A DNA stretch of 64,000 nucleotides from Minutocellus sp. GHC0000111 (Eukaryota), in contig OZ361259.1 of the NCBI GenBank assembly GCA_977018835.1, positions 744,001-808,000 of the forward strand, in the 5' to 3' direction. Under the pieces are notes generated by a model. That model worked only from the letters and a program-made list of their open reading frames with translations, ran no database searches and was not told the origin of the DNA. How positions within the stretch are numbered: position 1 is the stretch's first letter; each line of letters begins with the position of its first letter. The position numbers were made by a program, and so were the translations under genes. Positions 1-13,658 of this stretch are shown piece after piece.

Positions 1-965
1 CCCCTGGATTTATTTTCACTACCTATAGCGTTCTTGCCTCCCTGGACACTCAAAATCCAAGTAATATTGCAGCCACGGTGGAGCAGGAATTCACTGAACT
101 CCTTGATCCTCGGGGAGTTCTTCCATTCAGCCTCGATCCAGGCACAGGCCTTCCTGTCGTCAAGCCCGCTTTTGACAAAGCTGTTCCGAAGGGCCTTACT
201 CGTGGACCCAATAGCCTAATTGTTGTCCCCAGGAGCAAGCCCAAGTCCGGAGGTAGCAAGTCTTCTGGTGGCAGCAGCAGATCCAAGAGCACGTCCGGTG
301 GCAGCAGCAGATCCAAGAGCACGTCCGGTGGCAGCAGCAGATCCAAGAGCACGTCCGGTGGCAGCAGCAGATCCAAGAGCAAGTCCAATTTTTTCACCCC
401 CGTCCCTCCAACTCCGGCTCTGACAAAGGCTCCCTCGGCTACACCCTCCAAGACTTCCGATGTTCCGTCCACATCTCCGTCAGAATCTTTGAGTATTCCT
501 TCCACGTTGCCATCCGATGCTCCTTCGGCGATTCCCTCCGAATTTCCTTCAGACAGTCCTTCGGAGATGCCCTCCGAATTTCCTTCAGACAGTCCTTCGG
601 CGATTCCCTCCGAATTTCCTACTGCTACTCGTAGGTAGACTAGCTAGTTTGTTCATAGTAATCTCTATTTCCAAGAAAAGTCACATCATCCAATTGACCT
701 TAGGTCTACCAGTATTTTCCCCCCAAGATTGTGGTACTCTCTGGTGTTGAGGGTTCATAATTCAATCTTTGTGGCGCCACCATTTTTCTGGAAAGCAATT
801 TTGGAGAGCTCTTGTGTGTGGGCATGGCTATGGTCGGTGTGGCCCCCATCCTCCCTCCATCTGGTTCCTTTGCCAGGCACCATTCTCATGCAAAGTGCAT
901 GTTTTACAAAAGATTTATGCTGACCTGTCAAATCACCTGCACCGTCAGCACACAGTGTTCATCGC

Positions 966-1988
966 ATGGCAACCATCTGTCACTCCCCTGAAGTGACACA
1001 GCAGAAGGCAGTGCCAGAGCAGACAGCCGGCATCCAACAGCCATCCCAGCAACTCTTGGTCTCTCAGTGCCATGAATGTGGTGTGGCACTAGTCATTCCA
1101 AAGAATTGTCCAGCTTCTGCCGGAAATCTCAAGCCATCTGATCTTGACGGTCAAACGATCATTCCTTCTTCTCATAAGAAATTTATTCCCGTTTTCGATA
1201 AGCCCAAGTACTGCCCCTTTGGTCTCGGTTATCGCCGCTGCCCAGCTGAAATCTTCAACTACTTTTTTACTGGCAAACTGATGCAGAAGATTGGAGACTT
1301 CCTTGCACCTTCTCCTTACACCCCTGGATTTATTTTCACTACCTATAGCGTTCTTGCCTCCCTGGACACTCAAAATCCAAGTAATATTGCAGCCACGGTG
1401 GAGCAGGAATTCACTGAACTCCTTGATCCTCGGGGAGTTCTTCCATTCAGCCTCGATCCAGGCACAGGCCTTCCTGTCGTCAATCCCGCTTTTGACAAAG
1501 CTGTTCCGAAGGGCCTTACTCGTGGACCCAATAGCCTAATTGTTGTCCCCAGGAGCAAGCCCAAGTCCGGAGGTAGCAAGTCTTCTGGTGGCAGCAGCAG
1601 ATCCAAGAGCACGTCCGGTGGCAGCAGCAGATCCAAGAGCACGTCCGGTGGCAGCAGCAGATCCAAGAGCACGTCCGGTGGCAGCAGCAGATCCAAGAGC
1701 ACGTCCGGTGGCAGCAGCAGATCCAAGAGCAAGTCCAATTTTTTCACCCCCGTCCCTCCAACTCCGGCTCTGACAAAGGCTCCCTCGGCTACACCCTCCA
1801 AGACTTCCGATGTTCCGTCCACATCTCCGTCAGAATCTTTGAGTATTCCTTCCACGTTGCCATCCGATGCTCCTTCGGCGATTCCCTCCGAATTTCCTTC
1901 AGACAGTCCTTCGGAGATGCCCTCCGAATTTCCTTCAGACAGTCCTTCGGCGATTCCCTCCGAATTTCCTACTGCTACTCGTAGGTAG
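966..1988 (+). pseudogene. Chimeric ORF (340 aa): 42 flank-derived codons + P450 C-terminus (heme motif) + S/K/G and PS repeats
   Basis: Contains FGLGYRRCPAE; lacks P450 I- and K-helices; open across the array junction. Confidence 0.6.
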
Positions 1989-2315
1989 ACTAGCTAGTTT
2001 GTTCATAGTAATCTCTATTTCCAAGAAAAGTCACATCATCCAATTGACCTTAGGTCTACCAGTATTTTCCCCCCAAGATTGTGGTACTCTCTGGTGTTGA
2101 GGGTTCATAATTCAATCTTTGTGGCGCCACCATTTTTCTGGAAAGCAATTTTGGAGAGCTCTTGTGTGTGGGCATGGCTATGGTCGGTGTGGCCCCCATC
2201 CTCCCTCCATCTGGTTCCTTTGCCAGGCACCATTCTCATGCAAAGTGCATGTTTTACAAAAGATTTATGCTGACCTGTCAAATCACCTGCACCGTCAGCA
2301 CACAGTGTTCATCGC

Positions 2316-3248
2316 ATGGCAACCATCTGTCACTCCCCTGAAGTGACACAGCAGAAGGCAGTGCCAGAGCAGACAGCCGGCATCCAACAGCCATCCCAGC
2401 AACTCTTGGTCTCTCAGTGCCATGAATGTGGTGTGGCACTAGTCATTCCAAAGAATTGTCCAGCTTCTGCCGGAAATCTCAAGCCATCTGATCTTGACGG
2501 TCAAACGATCATTCCTTCTTCTCATAAGAAATTTATTCCCGTTTTCGATAAGCCCAAGTACTGCCCCTTTGGTCTCGGTTATCGCCGCTGCCCAGCTGAA
2601 ATCTTCAACTACTTTTTTACTGGCAAACTGATGCAGAAGATTGGAGACTTCCTTGCACCTTCTCCTTACACCCCTGGATTTATTTTCACTACCTATAGCG
2701 TTCTTGCCTCCCTGGACACTCAAAATCCAAGTAATATTGCAGCCACGGTGGAGCAGGAATTCACTGAACTCCTTGATCCTCGGGGAGTTCTTCCATTCAG
2801 CCTCGATCCAGGCACAGGCCTTCCTGTCGTCAATCCCGCTTTTGACAAAGCTGTTCCGAAGGGCCTTACTCGTGGACCCAATAGCCTAATTGTTGTCCCC
2901 AGGAGCAAGCCCAAGTCCGGAGGTAGCAAGTCTTCTGGTGGCAGCAGCAGATCCAAGAGCACGTCCGGTGGCAGCAGCAGATCCAAGAGCAAGTCCAATT
3001 TTTTCACCCCCGTCCCTCCAACTCCGGCTCTGACAAAGGCTCCCTCGGCTACACCCTCCAAGACTTCCGATGTTCCGTCCACATCTCCGTCAGAATCTTT
3101 GAGTATTCCTTCCACGTTGCCATCCGATGCTCCTTCGGCGATTCCCTCCGAATTTCCTTCAGACAGTCCTTCGGAGATGCCCTCCGAATTTCCTTCAGAC
3201 AGTCCTTCGGCGATTCCCTCCGAATTTCCTACTGCTACTCGTAGGTAG
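2316..3248 (+). pseudogene. Chimeric truncated P450 ORF, array copy (310 aa)
   Basis: As 966..1988 with 2 minisatellite units. Confidence 0.6.
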
Positions 3249-3575
3249 ACTAGCTAGTTTGTTCATAGTAATCTCTATTTCCAAGAAAAGTCACATCATC
3301 CAATTGACCTTAGGTCTACCAGTATTTTCCCCCCAAGATTGTGGTACTCTCTGGTGTTGAGGGTTCATAATTCAATCTTTGTGGCGCCACCATTTTTCTG
3401 GAAAGCAATTTTGGAGAGCTCTTGTGTGTGGGCATGGCTATGGTCGGTGTGGCCCCCATCCTCCCTCCATCTGGTTCCTTTGCCAGGCACCATTCTCATG
3501 CAAAGTGCATGTTTTACAAAAGATTTATGCTGACCTGTCAAATCACCTGCACCGTCAGCACACAGTGTTCATCGC

Positions 3576-4538
3576 ATGGCAACCATCTGTCACTCCCCTG
3601 AAGTGACACAGCAGAAGGCAGTGCCAGAGCAGACAGCCGGCATCCAACAGCCATCCCAGCAACTCTTGGTCTCTCAGTGCCATGAATGTGGTGTGGCACT
3701 AGTCATTCCAAAGAATTGTCCAGCTTCTGCCGGAAATCTCAAGCCATCTGATCTTGACGGTCAAACGATCATTCCTTCTTCTCATAAGAAATTTATTCCC
3801 GTTTTCGATAAGCCCAAGTACTGCCCCTTTGGTCTCGGTTATCGCCGCTGCCCAGCTGAAATCTTCAACTACTTTTTTACTGGCAAACTGATGCAGAAGA
3901 TTGGAGACTTCCTTGCACCTTCTCCTTACACCCCTGGATTTATTTTCACTACCTATAGCGTTCTTGCCTCCCTGGACACTCAAAATCCAAGTAATATTGC
4001 AGCCACGGTGGAGCAGGAATTCACTGAACTCCTTGATCCTCGGGGAGTTCTTCCATTCAGCCTCGATCCAGGCACAGGCCTTCCTGTCGTCAAGCCCGCT
4101 TTTGACAAAGCTGTTCCGAAGGGCCTTACTCGTGGACCCAATAGCCTAATTGTTGTCCCCAGGAGCAAGCCCAAGTCCGGAGGTAGCAAGTCTTCTGGTG
4201 GCAGCAGCAGATCCAAGAGCACGTCCGGTGGCAGCAGCAGATCCAAGAGCACGTCCGGTGGCAGCAGCAGATCCAAGAGCAAGTCCAATTTTTTCACCCC
4301 CGTCCCTCCAACTCCGGCTCTGACAAAGGCTCCCTCGGCTACACCCTCCAAGACTTCCGATGTTCCGTCCACATCTCCGTCAGAATCTTTGAGTATTCCT
4401 TCCACGTTGCCATCCGATGCTCCTTCGGCGATTCCCTCCGAATTTCCTTCAGACAGTCCTTCGGAGATGCCCTCCGAATTTCCTTCAGACAGTCCTTCGG
4501 CGATTCCCTCCGAATTTCCTACTGCTACTCGTAGGTAG
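3576..4538 (+). pseudogene. Chimeric truncated P450 ORF, array copy (320 aa)
   Basis: As above, 3 minisatellite units. Confidence 0.6.
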
Positions 4539-4865
4539 ACTAGCTAGTTTGTTCATAGTAATCTCTATTTCCAAGAAAAGTCACATCATCCAATTGACCT
4601 TAGGTCTACCAGTATTTTCCCCCCAAGATTGTGGTACTCTCTGGTGTTGAGGGTTCATAATTCAATCTTTGTGGCGCCACCATTTTTCTGGAAAGCAATT
4701 TTGGAGAGCTCTTGTGTGTGGGCATGGCTATGGTCGGTGTGGCCCCCATCCTCCCTCCATCTGGTTCCTTTGCCAGGCACCATTCTCATGCAAAGTGCAT
4801 GTTTTACAAAAGATTTATGCTGACCTGTCAAATCACCTGCACCGTCAGCACACAGTGTTCATCGC

Positions 4866-5828
4866 ATGGCAACCATCTGTCACTCCCCTGAAGTGACACA
4901 GCAGAAGGCAGTGCCAGAGCAGACAGCCGGCATCCAACAGCCATCCCAGCAACTCTTGGTCTCTCAGTGCCATGAATGTGGTGTGGCACTAGTCATTCCA
5001 AAGAATTGTCCAGCTTCTGCCGGAAATCTCAAGCCATCTGATCTTGACGGTCAAACGATCATTCCTTCTTCTCATAAGAAATTTATTCCCGTTTTCGATA
5101 AGCCCAAGTACTGCCCCTTTGGTCTCGGTTATCGCCGCTGCCCAGCTGAAATCTTCAACTACTTTTTTACTGGCAAACTGATGCAGAAGATTGGAGACTT
5201 CCTTGCACCTTCTCCTTACACCCCTGGATTTATTTTCACTACCTATAGCGTTCTTGCCTCCCTGGACACTCAAAATCCAAGTAATATTGCAGCCACGGTG
5301 GAGCAGGAATTCACTGAACTCCTTGATCCTCGGGGAGTTCTTCCATTCAGCCTCGATCCAGGCACAGGCCTTCCTGTCGTCAAGCCCGCTTTTGACAAAG
5401 CTGTTCCGAAGGGCCTTACTCGTGGACCCAATAGCCTAATTGTTGTCCCCAGGAGCAAGCCCAAGTCCGGAGGTAGCAAGTCTTCTGGTGGCAGCAGCAG
5501 ATCCAAGAGCACGTCCGGTGGCAGCAGCAGATCCAAGAGCACGTCCGGTGGCAGCAGCAGATCCAAGAGCAAGTCCAATTTTTTCACCCCCGTCCCTCCA
5601 ACTCCGGCTCTGACAAAGGCTCCCTCGGCTACACCCTCCAAGACTTCCGATGTTCCGTCCACATCTCCGTCAGAATCTTTGAGTATTCCTTCCACGTTGC
5701 CATCCGATGCTCCTTCGGCGATTCCCTCCGAATTTCCTTCAGACAGTCCTTCGGAGATGCCCTCCGAATTTCCTTCAGACAGTCCTTCGGCGATTCCCTC
5801 CGAATTTCCTACTGCTACTCGTAGGTAG
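4866..5828 (+). pseudogene. Chimeric truncated P450 ORF, array copy (320 aa)
   Basis: As above. Confidence 0.6.
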
Positions 5829-6155
5829 ACTAGCTAGTTTGTTCATAGTAATCTCTATTTCCAAGAAAAGTCACATCATCCAATTGACCTTAGGTCTACC
5901 AGTATTTTCCCCCCAAGATTGTGGTACTCTCTGGTGTTGAGGGTTCATAATTCAATCTTTGTGGCGCCACCATTTTTCTGGAAAGCAATTTTGGAGAGCT
6001 CTTGTGTGTGGGCATGGCTATGGTCGGTGTGGCCCCCATCCTCCCTCCATCTGGTTCCTTTGCCAGGCACCATTCTCATGCAAAGTGCATGTTTTACAAA
6101 AGATTTATGCTGACCTGTCAAATCACCTGCACCGTCAGCACACAGTGTTCATCGC

Positions 6156-7118
6156 ATGGCAACCATCTGTCACTCCCCTGAAGTGACACAGCAGAAGGCA
6201 GTGCCAGAGCAGACAGCCGGCATCCAACAGCCATCCCAGCAACTCTTGGTCTCTCAGTGCCATGAATGTGGTGTGGCACTAGTCATTCCAAAGAATTGTC
6301 CAGCTTCTGCCGGAAATCTCAAGCCATCTGATCTTGACGGTCAAACGATCATTCCTTCTTCTCATAAGAAATTTATTCCCGTTTTCGATAAGCCCAAGTA
6401 CTGCCCCTTTGGTCTCGGTTATCGCCGCTGCCCAGCTGAAATCTTCAACTACTTTTTTACTGGCAAACTGATGCAGAAGATTGGAGACTTCCTTGCACCT
6501 TCTCCTTACACCCCTGGATTTATTTTCACTACCTATAGCGTTCTTGCCTCCCTGGACACTCAAAATCCAAGTAATATTGCAGCCACGGTGGAGCAGGAAT
6601 TCACTGAACTCCTTGATCCTCGGGGAGTTCTTCCATTCAGCCTCGATCCAGGCACAGGCCTTCCTGTCGTCAAGCCCGCTTTTGACAAAGCTGTTCCGAA
6701 GGGCCTTACTCGTGGACCCAATAGCCTAATTGTTGTCCCCAGGAGCAAGCCCAAGTCCGGAGGTAGCAAGTCTTCTGGTGGCAGCAGCAGATCCAAGAGC
6801 ACGTCCGGTGGCAGCAGCAGATCCAAGAGCACGTCCGGTGGCAGCAGCAGATCCAAGAGCAAGTCCAATTTTTTCACCCCCGTCCCTCCAACTCCGGCTC
6901 TGACAAAGGCTCCCTCGGCTACACCCTCCAAGACTTCCGATGTTCCGTCCACATCTCCGTCAGAATCTTTGAGTATTCCTTCCACGTTGCCATCCGATGC
7001 TCCTTCGGCGATTCCCTCCGAATTTCCTTCAGACAGTCCTTCGGAGATGCCCTCCGAATTTCCTTCAGACAGTCCTTCGGCGATTCCCTCCGAATTTCCT
7101 ACTGCTACTCGTAGGTAG
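6156..7118 (+). pseudogene. Chimeric truncated P450 ORF, array copy (320 aa)
   Basis: As above. Confidence 0.6.
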
Positions 7119-7445
7119 ACTAGCTAGTTTGTTCATAGTAATCTCTATTTCCAAGAAAAGTCACATCATCCAATTGACCTTAGGTCTACCAGTATTTCCC
7201 CCCCAAGATTGTGGTACTCTCTGGTGTTGAGGGTTCATAATTCAATCTTTGTGGCGCCACCATTTTTCTGGAAAGCAATTTTGGAGAGCTCTTGTGTGTG
7301 GGCATGGCAATGGTCGGTGTGGCCCCCATCCTCCCTCCATCTGGTTCCTTTGCCAGGCACCATTCTCATGCAAAGTGCATGTTTTACAAAAGATTTATGC
7401 TGACCTGTCAAATCACCTGCACCGTCAGCACACAGTGTTCATCGC

Positions 7446-8438
7446 ATGGCAACCATCTGTCACTCCCCTGAAGTGACACAGCAGAAGGCAGTGCCAGAGC
7501 AGACAGCCGGCATCCAACAGCCATCCCAGCAACTCTTGGTCTCTCAGTGCCATGAATGTGGTGTGGCACTAGTCATTCCAAAGAATTGTCCAGCTTCTGC
7601 CGGAAATCTCAAGCCATCTGATCTTGACGGTCAAACGATCATTCCTTCTTCTCATAAGAAATTTATTCCCGTTTTCGATAAGCCCAAGTACTGCCCCTTT
7701 GGTCTCGGTTATCGCCGCTGCCCAGCTGAAATCTTCAACTACTTTTTTACTGGCAAACTGATGCAGAAGATTGGAGACTTCCTTGCACCTTCTCCTTACA
7801 CCCCTGGATTTATTTTCACTACCTATAGCGTTCTTGCCTCCCTGGACACTCAAAATCCAAGTAATATTGCAGCCACGGTGGAGCAGGAATTCACTGAACT
7901 CCTTGATCCTCGGGGAGTTCTTCCATTCAGCCTCGATCCAGGCACAGGCCTTCCTGTCGTCAATCCCGCTTTTGACAAAGCTGTTCCGAAGGGCCTTACT
8001 CGTGGACCCAATAGCCTAATTGTTGTCCCCAGGAGCAAGCCCAAGTCCGGAGGTAGCAAGTCTTCTGGTGGCAGCAGCAGATCCAAGAGCACGTCCGGTG
8101 GCAGCAGCAGATCCAAGAGCACGTCCGGTGGCAGCAGCAGATCCAAGAGCACGTCCGGTGGCAGCAGCAGATCCAAGAGCAAGTCCAATTTTTTCACCCC
8201 CGTCCCTCCAACTCCGGCTCTGACAAAGGCTCCCTCGGCTACACCCTCCAAGACTTCCGATGTTCCGTCCACATCTCCGTCAGAATCTTTGAGTATTCCT
8301 TCCACGTTGCCATCCGATGCTCCTTCGGCGATTCCCTCCGAATTTCCTTCAGACAGTCCTTCGGAGATGCCCTCCGAATTTCCTTCAGACAGTCCTTCGG
8401 CGATTCCCTCCGAATTTCCTACTGCTACTCGTAGGTAG
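7446..8438 (+). pseudogene. Chimeric truncated P450 ORF, array copy (330 aa)
   Basis: As above, 4 minisatellite units. Confidence 0.6.
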
Positions 8439-8765
8439 ACTAGCTAGTTTGTTCATAGTAATCTCTATTTCCAAGAAAAGTCACATCATCCAATTGACCT
8501 TAGGTCTACCAGTATTTTCCCCCCAAGATTGTGGTACTCTCTGGTGTTGAGGGTTCATAATTCAATCTTTGTGGCGCCACCATTTTTCTGGAAAGCAATT
8601 TTGGAGAGCTCTTGTGTGTGGGCATGGCTATGGTCGGTGTGGCCCCCATCCTCCCTCCATCTGGTTCCTTTGCCAGGCACCATTCTCATGCAAAGTGCAT
8701 GTTTTACAAAAGATTTATGCTGACCTGTCAAATCACCTGCACCGTCAGCACACAGTGTTCATCGC

Positions 8766-9758
8766 ATGGCAACCATCTGTCACTCCCCTGAAGTGACACA
8801 GCAGAAGGCAGTGCCAGAGCAGACAGCCGGCATCCAACAGCCATCCCAGCAACTCTTGGTCTCTCAGTGCCATGAATGTGGTGTGGCACTAGTCATTCCA
8901 AAGAATTGTCCAGCTTCTGCCGGAAATCTCAAGCCATCTGATCTTGACGGTCAAACGATCATTCCTTCTTCTCATAAGAAATTTATTCCCGTTTTCGATA
9001 AGCCCAAGTACTGCCCCTTTGGTCTCGGTTATCGCCGCTGCCCAGCTGAAATCTTCAACTACTTTTTTACTGGCAAACTGATGCAGAAGATTGGAGACTT
9101 CCTTGCACCTTCTCCTTACACCCCTGGATTTATTTTCACTACCTATAGCGTTCTTGCCTCCCTGGACACTCAAAATCCAAGTAATATTGCAGCCACGGTG
9201 GAGCAGGAATTCACTGAACTCCTTGATCCTCGGGGAGTTCTTCCATTCAGCCTCGATCCAGGCACAGGCCTTCCTGTCGTCAATCCCGCTTTTGACAAAG
9301 CTGTTCCGAAGGGCCTTACTCGTGGACCCAATAGCCTAATTGTTGTCCCCAGGAGCAAGCCCAAGTCCGGAGGTAGCAAGTCTTCTGGTGGCAGCAGCAG
9401 ATCCAAGAGCACGTCCGGTGGCAGCAGCAGATCCAAGAGCACGTCCGGTGGCAGCAGCAGATCCAAGAGCACGTCCGGTGGCAGCAGCAGATCCAAGAGC
9501 AAGTCCAATTTTTTCACCCCCGTCCCTCCAACTCCGGCTCTGACAAAGGCTCCCTCGGCTACACCCTCCAAGACTTCCGATGTTCCGTCCACATCTCCGT
9601 CAGAATCTTTGAGTATTCCTTCCACGTTGCCATCCGATGCTCCTTCGGCGATTCCCTCCGAATTTCCTTCAGACAGTCCTTCGGAGATGCCCTCCGAATT
9701 TCCTTCAGACAGTCCTTCGGCGATTCCCTCCGAATTTCCTACTGCTACTCGTAGGTAG
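8766..9758 (+). pseudogene. Chimeric truncated P450 ORF, array copy (330 aa)
   Basis: As above. Confidence 0.6.
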
Positions 9759-10085
9759 ACTAGCTAGTTTGTTCATAGTAATCTCTATTTCCAAGAAAAG
9801 TCACATCATCCAATTGACCTTAGGTCTACCAGTATTTTCCCCCCAAGATTGTGGTACTCTCTGGTGTTGAGGGTTCATAATTCAATCTTTGTGGCGCCAC
9901 CATTTTTCTGGAAAGCAATTTTGGAGAGCTCTTGTGTGTGGGCATGGCTATGGTCGGTGTGGCCCCCATCCTCCCTCCATCTGGTTCCTTTGCCAGGCAC
10001 CATTCTCATGCAAAGTGCATGTTTTACAAAAGATTTATGCTGACCTGTCAAATCACCTGCACCGTCAGCACACAGTGTTCATCGC

Positions 10086-11108
10086 ATGGCAACCATCTGT
10101 CACTCCCCTGAAGTGACACAGCAGAAGGCAGTGCCAGAGCAGACAGCCGGCATCCAACAGCCATCCCAGCAACTCTTGGTCTCTCAGTGCCATGAATGTG
10201 GTGTGGCACTAGTCATTCCAAAGAATTGTCCAGCTTCTGCCGGAAATCTCAAGCCATCTGATCTTGACGGTCAAACGATCATTCCTTCTTCTCATAAGAA
10301 ATTTATTCCCGTTTTCGATAAGCCCAAGTACTGCCCCTTTGGTCTCGGTTATCGCCGCTGCCCAGCTGAAATCTTCAACTACTTTTTTACTGGCAAACTG
10401 ATGCAGAAGATTGGAGACTTCCTTGCACCTTCTCCTTACACCCCTGGATTTATTTTCACTACCTATAGCGTTCTTGCCTCCCTGGACACTCAAAATCCAA
10501 GTAATATTGCAGCCACGGTGGAGCAGGAATTCACTGAACTCCTTGATCCTCGGGGAGTTCTTCCATTCAGCCTCGATCCAGGCACAGGCCTTCCTGTCGT
10601 CAATCCCGCTTTTGACAAAGCTGTTCCGAAGGGCCTTACTCGTGGACCCAATAGCCTAATTGTTGTCCCCAGGAGCAAGCCCAAGTCCGGAGGTAGCAAG
10701 TCTTCTGGTGGCAGCAGCAGATCCAAGAGCACGTCCGGTGGCAGCAGCAGATCCAAGAGCACGTCCGGTGGCAGCAGCAGATCCAAGAGCACGTCCGGTG
10801 GCATCAGCAGATCCAAGAGCACGTCCGGTGGCAGCAGCAGATCCAAGAGCAAGTCCAATTTTTTCACCCCCGTCCCTCCAACTCCGGCTCTGACAAAGGC
10901 TCCCTCGGCTACACCCTCCAAGACTTCCGATGTTCCGTCCACATCTCCGTCAGAATCTTTGAGTATTCCTTCCACGTTGCCATCCGATGCTCCTTCGGCG
11001 ATTCCCTCCGAATTTCCTTCAGACAGTCCTTCGGAGATGCCCTCCGAATTTCCTTCAGACAGTCCTTCGGCGATTCCCTCCGAATTTCCTACTGCTACTC
11101 GTAGGTAG
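10086..11108 (+). pseudogene. Chimeric truncated P450 ORF, array copy (340 aa)
   Basis: As above, 5 units, one S->I variant. Confidence 0.6.
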
Positions 11109-11435
11109 ACTAGCTAGTTTGTTCATAGTAATCTCTATTTCCAAGAAAAGTCACATCATCCAATTGACCTTAGGTCTACCAGTATTTTCCCCCCAAGATT
11201 GTGGTACTCTCTGGTGTTGAGGGTTCATAATTCAATCTTTGTGGCGCCACCATTTTTCTGGAAAGCAATTTTGGAGAGCTCTTGTGTGTGGGCATGGCTA
11301 TGGTCGGTGTGGCCCCCATCCTCCCTCCATCTGGTTCCTTTGCCAGGCACCATTCTCATGCAAAGTGCATGTTTTACAAAAGATTTATGCTGACCTGTCA
11401 AATCACCTGCACCGTCAGCACACAGTGTTCATCGC

Positions 11436-12368
11436 ATGGCAACCATCTGTCACTCCCCTGAAGTGACACAGCAGAAGGCAGTGCCAGAGCAGACAGCCGG
11501 CATCCAACAGCCATCCCAGCAACTCTTGGTCTCTCAGTGCCATGAATGTGGTGTGGCACTAGTCATTCCAAAGAATTGTCCAGCTTCTGCCGGAAATCTC
11601 AAGCCATCTGATCTTGACGGTCAAACGATCATTCCTTCTTCTCATAAGAAATTTATTCCCGTTTTCGATAAGCCCAAGTACTGCCCCTTTGGTCTCGGTT
11701 ATCGCCGCTGCCCAGCTGAAATCTTCAACTACTTTTTTACTGGCAAACTGATGCAGAAGATTGGAGACTTCCTTGCACCTTCTCCTTACACCCCTGGATT
11801 TATTTTCACTACCTATAGCGTTCTTGCCTCCCTGGACACTCAAAATCCAAGTAATATTGCAGCCACGGTGGAGCAGGAATTCACTGAACTCCTTGATCCT
11901 CGGGGAGTTCTTCCATTCAGCCTCGATCCAGGCACAGGCCTTCCTGTCGTCAATCCCGCTTTTGACAAAGCTGTTCCGAAGGGCCTTACTCGTGGACCCA
12001 ATAGCCTAATTGTTGTCCCCAGGAGCAAGCCCAAGTCCGGAGGTAGCAAGTCTTCTGGTGGCAGCAGCAGATCCAAGAGCACGTCCGGTGGCAGCAGCAG
12101 ATCCAAGAGCAAGTCCAATTTTTTCACCCCCGTCCCTCCAACTCCGGCTCTGACAAAGGCTCCCTCGGCTACACCCTCCAAGACTTCCGATGTTCCGTCC
12201 ACATCTCCGTCAGAATCTTTGAGTATTCCTTCCACGTTGCCATCCGATGCTCCTTCGGCGATTCCCTCCGAATTTCCTTCAGACAGTCCTTCGGAGATGC
12301 CCTCCGAATTTCCTTCAGACAGTCCTTCGGCGATTCCCTCCGAATTTCCTACTGCTACTCGTAGGTAG
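11436..12368 (+). pseudogene. Chimeric truncated P450 ORF, array copy (310 aa)
   Basis: As above. Confidence 0.6.
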
Positions 12369-12695
12369 ACTAGCTAGTTTGTTCATAGTAATCTCTATTT
12401 CCAAGAAAAGTCACATCATCCAATTGACCTTAGGTCTACCAGTATTTTCCCCCCAAGATTGTGGTACTCTCTGGTGTTGAGGGTTCATAATTCAATCTTT
12501 GTGGCGCCACCATTTTTCTGGAAAGCAATTTTGGAGAGCTCTTGTGTGTGGGCATGGCTATGGTCGGTGTGGCCCCCATCCTCCCTCCATCTGGTTCCTT
12601 TGCCAGGCACCATTCTCATGCAAAGTGCATGTTTTACAAAAGATTTATGCTGACCTGTCAAATCACCTGCACCGTCAGCACACAGTGTTCATCGC

Positions 12696-13658
12696 ATGGC
12701 AACCATCTGTCACTCCCCTGAAGTGACACAGCAGAAGGCAGTGCCAGAGCAGACAGCCGGCATCCAACAGCCATCCCAGCAACTCTTGGTCTCTCAGTGC
12801 CATGAATGTGGTGTGGCACTAGTCATTCCAAAGAATTGTCCAGCTTCTGCCGGAAATCTCAAGCCATCTGATCTTGACGGTCAAACGATCATTCCTTCTT
12901 CTCATAAGAAATTTATTCCCGTTTTCGATAAGCCCAAGTACTGCCCCTTTGGTCTCGGTTATCGCCGCTGCCCAGCTGAAATCTTCAACTACTTTTTTAC
13001 TGGCAAACTGATGCAGAAGATTGGAGACTTCCTTGCACCTTCTCCTTACACCCCTGGATTTATTTTCACTACCTATAGCGTTCTTGCCTCCCTGGACACT
13101 CAAAATCCAAGTAATATTGCAGCCACGGTGGAGCAGGAATTCACTGAACTCCTTGATCCTCGGGGAGTTCTTCCATTCAGCCTCGATCCAGGCACAGGCC
13201 TTCCTGTCGTCAAGCCCGCTTTTGACAAAGCTGTTCCGAAGGGCCTTACTCGTGGACCCAATAGCCTAATTGTTGTCCCCAGGAGCAAGCCCAAGTCCGG
13301 AGGTAGCAAGTCTTCTGGTGGCAGCAGCAGATCCAAGAGCACGTCCGGTGGCAGCAGCAGATCCAAGAGCACGTCCGGTGGCAGCAGCAGATCCAAGAGC
13401 AAGTCCAATTTTTTCACCCCCGTCCCTCCAACTCCGGCTCTGACAAAGGCTCCCTCGGCTACACCCTCCAAGACTTCCGATGTTCCGTCCACATCTCCGT
13501 CAGAATCTTTGAGTATTCCTTCCACGTTGCCATCCGATGCTCCTTCGGCGATTCCCTCCGAATTTCCTTCAGACAGTCCTTCGGAGATGCCCTCCGAATT
13601 TCCTTCAGACAGTCCTTCGGCGATTCCCTCCGAATTTCCTACTGCTACTCGTAGGTAG
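12696..13658 (+). pseudogene. Chimeric truncated P450 ORF, array copy (320 aa)
   Basis: As above. Confidence 0.6.

Noticed and set aside
266..385. 30-bp repeats and 1.3-kb units as a CRISPR-like array
   Set aside because: No unique spacers; it is a coding minisatellite in a eukaryotic exon; no cas genes.
50..505. Minus-strand (DLLLPPDVLL)n and (GGFVLGAGG)n ORFs and alternative-frame repeat ORFs
   Set aside because: Shadow frames of low-complexity coding repeats.
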